NCBI GenBank assembly: GCA_905178155.1 | Contig: CAJINV010000007.1 | Coordinates: 352,597-400,635, forward strand | Direction: 5' to 3' | Source of the DNA: Amoebophrya sp. A120 | Lineage: Eukaryota; Protista; Dinoflagellata | DNA length: 48,039 nt | Shown here: one piece after another, positions 45,913-48,039 of the stretch | How the letters are laid out: the number at the start of each line of letters is the position of its first letter | How positions within the stretch are numbered: position 1 is the stretch's first letter | Translations under genes and position numbers: made by a program | Notes under the pieces: model-generated | Database searches by the model: none | What the model saw: only the letters and a program-made list of their open reading frames with translations | Told to the model about the DNA's origin: nothing

Positions 45913-47355
45913 GCGTCACCGCCCACCTCGAGGTGGGCGGGGCGGTGACAGCAAGGTCCGCTCGGGCGCCCACCTGGAAGAGGGCTGGGCGGTGACAGCG
46001 AGGTCTCGTCGAGGACGTGTGTCACCGCCCCGCCCACCTCGCTCGAAGTGGGCGGGGCGGCAACAGCGACGAGGTCGGGTCGACGACGTGCGTCACCGCC
46101 CCGCCCAACTCGAAGTGGGCGGGGCGGGGCGGTAACAGCGAGATCTGGTCGCACAGGTGGGCGGGGCGGTAAAGCGCGTCCGTGTATCACCGCCCAGCCC
46201 ACCTCGAAGTGGGCGGGGCGGTGACAGCAAGGCGCATGTCTGGTCGAGGACGTGCGTCACCGCCCCGGCCGCCTCGAATTGGGCGGGGCGGCAACAGCGA
46301 GGCTCGGTCGAGGACGTGTGTCACCGCCCCGCTCACCTCGAAGTGGGCGGGGCGGTGACAGCAGGGCGCATGTCTGGTCGAGGACGTGCGTCACCGCCCC
46401 GGCCGCCTCGAAGTGGGCGGGGCGGTAACAGCGAGGTCTGTGCGAGGACGTGTGTCACCGCCCCGCCCACCTCGGAGTGGGCAGGGCGGTAACAGCGAGG
46501 TCTGGTCGAGGACGTGTGTCACCGCCCCGCTCACCTCGAAATGGGCGGGGCGGTGACAGCAAGGCGCGCGTCTGGGCGAGGACGTGTGTCACCGCCCCGG
46601 CCGCCTCGAAGTGGGCGGGGCGGTAGCAGCGAGGCCTGGTCGAGGACGTGTGTCACCGCCCCGCCCACCTCGAAGTGGGCGGGGCGGTGACAGCAAGGTC
46701 TGGCCGTGGTCGAGGACGTGCGTCACCGCCCCGCCCACCTAGAAGTGGGCGGGGCGGTGCCAGCAAGGTCTGGCTCTGGTCGCGGACGTGTGTCACCGCC
46801 CCGCTCACCTCGATCGAACGAAGTGGGCGGGGCGGTAACAGCAAGGTCTGGCTCTGGTCGAGGACGTGTGTCACCGCCCCGCCCACCTCGAAGTGGGCGG
46901 GGCGGTGAAAGCGAGGTTTGGTCGAGGTGCGTGTGACCGCCCCGCCCACCTCGAACGAAGTGGGCGGGGCGCTGACAGCAAGGCGTTGCCCTGGCCAAGG
47001 ACGTGTGTCACCGCCCCGCCCACCTCAAAGTGGGCGGGGCGGCAACAGCGAGGTCGGGTCGACGACGTGTGTCACCGCTTCACCCGCCTCGATGAAGTGG
47101 GCGTGGCGGAGCGGCAACAGCGAGGTCTGGCCGCACAGGTGGGCGGGGCGGTGACAGCGAGGCGTGGTTCTGGTCGAGGACGTGTGTCACCGCCCCGCCC
47201 ACCTCGAAGTGGGCGGGGCGGTGACAGCAAGGCGCATGTCTGGTCGAGGACGTGTGTCACCGCCCCGGCTGTCTCGAAGTGGACGGGGCGATAACAGCGA
47301 GGTCTGGTCGAGGACGTGCGTCACCGCCCCGGCCGCCTCGAAGTGGGCGGGGCGG
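45913..47355. repeat. Tandem array of GC-rich palindromes (~60-70 bp period)
   Basis: Unit core TGTCACCGCCCCGCCCAC-CTCGAA-GTGGGCGGGGCGGTGACA (e.g. 46651-46692), roughly 20 copies. Confidence 0.93.
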
Positions 47356-47387
47356 AAGTCGGTCGGAGCCGGTGCCGGCCGCGGCCG

Positions 47388-48010
47388 TGCTAAACCGGGG
47401 CTATTTTTTTGCCCGTCCAAGAATTTTCAAAGAAAAATAACCCCCGAAAAGCGCCAACTTCCCACCCCCCCTTTTGGCCCGATTCCACGGGCCCCCCTTG
47501 CTAATTTGCTTGCTAATTTCGTTGCTATTTCGCTTGCTAATTTGCTTGCTAATTTCCTTGCTAATTCGCGTGCTAATTCCTTTGCTAATTCGCGTGCTAA
47601 TTCCCCTTGCTAATTAGCGTTCTATGCCCCCCTCCCGAATTTCCCCAAAAAATCTGCCCCGCCCTTGCTATTTCCCCGGGCTTTTTTTTCCAATGCGATT
47701 TCCCTGTGTTTTTGGCAGGCAGCGAAAATAGCAAAAAAAATAGCAAAACGATAACCCGCGCGAAGGGGGTGGCAGGCTCCCCCGGCCGTTGCGCGGACGA
47801 AGGGCGGCCTCCGTTGCGTGAGGGAGCCCCGGCCCTCCGGGCCTGCAGAGCGGGAGTCCCGGCCGGCGCGCTTGCGACCCTAGCCAAGGGCGCTTCAAAA
47901 ACAGGCGCCGCCCCCCGGACCGCCGCCCGGGTGCCCCCGCGTGGCCCCGCGGGGGCGCAGCGGCTTCGCGCAAATGATTGGAACTTTCAAAAAATAGCAC
48001 GGATTTAGCA
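47388..48010. mobile_element. Possible MITE/TIR element with TGCTAAT 12-bp repeats
   Basis: Imperfect inverted pair 47388-47407 / 47991-48010; ~10 TGCTAATT units at 47498-47616. Confidence 0.45.
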
Positions 48011-48039
48011 AGCAAATCGCCGGGGGCGGCTCCAGCTGA

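Noticed and set aside
45913-47355. CRISPR array
   Set aside because: The linkers between palindromes are related to each other rather than unique spacers, the repeats are degenerate, no cas genes are present and the context is eukaryotic.
44613-47613. Long ORFs rich in C/A/R/V/H/T or PPRPP
   Set aside because: Translation artefacts of the hexamer satellite and GC-rich palindromes, open in several frames on both strands.

Overview
Eukaryotic genomic DNA, most likely from a myzozoan alveolate. The evidence points to an Amoebophrya-like parasitic dinoflagellate (inference): an ApiCox25-like gene, a relict dinoflagellate spliced-leader-like motif, all genes on one strand, and non-canonical introns. 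Eight minus-strand genes can be rebuilt by hand: three tandem paralogs of an unknown signal-peptide/coiled-coil protein, an OTUD5-like deubiquitinase with UIM/UBA domains, a CGFS monothiol glutaredoxin, transketolase, an ICME-like alpha/beta hydrolase and an ApiCox25-like complex IV subunit. About 40 introner elements of 150-320 bp interrupt them. These carry terminal inverted repeats (termini TAT...ATA, about 6 TIR families) and 5-bp target-site duplications; removing element plus one TSD restores conserved protein motifs without GT-AG sites. Two introners carry large inserts. One is 4.6 kb (7940-12561) with a 525-codon ORF and a hairpin-rich non-coding segment. The other is 1.3 kb (258-1564) with an SL-like...poly(A) insertion flanked by a 19-bp direct repeat. 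Also present: a 4.6-kb Mutator/Foldback-like element (14719-19329, 10-bp TSD), segmental duplications, and a satellite/palindrome block at 44.7-48 kb. All splicing is inferred from DNA alone, and homology calls come from recalled motifs rather than database searches.
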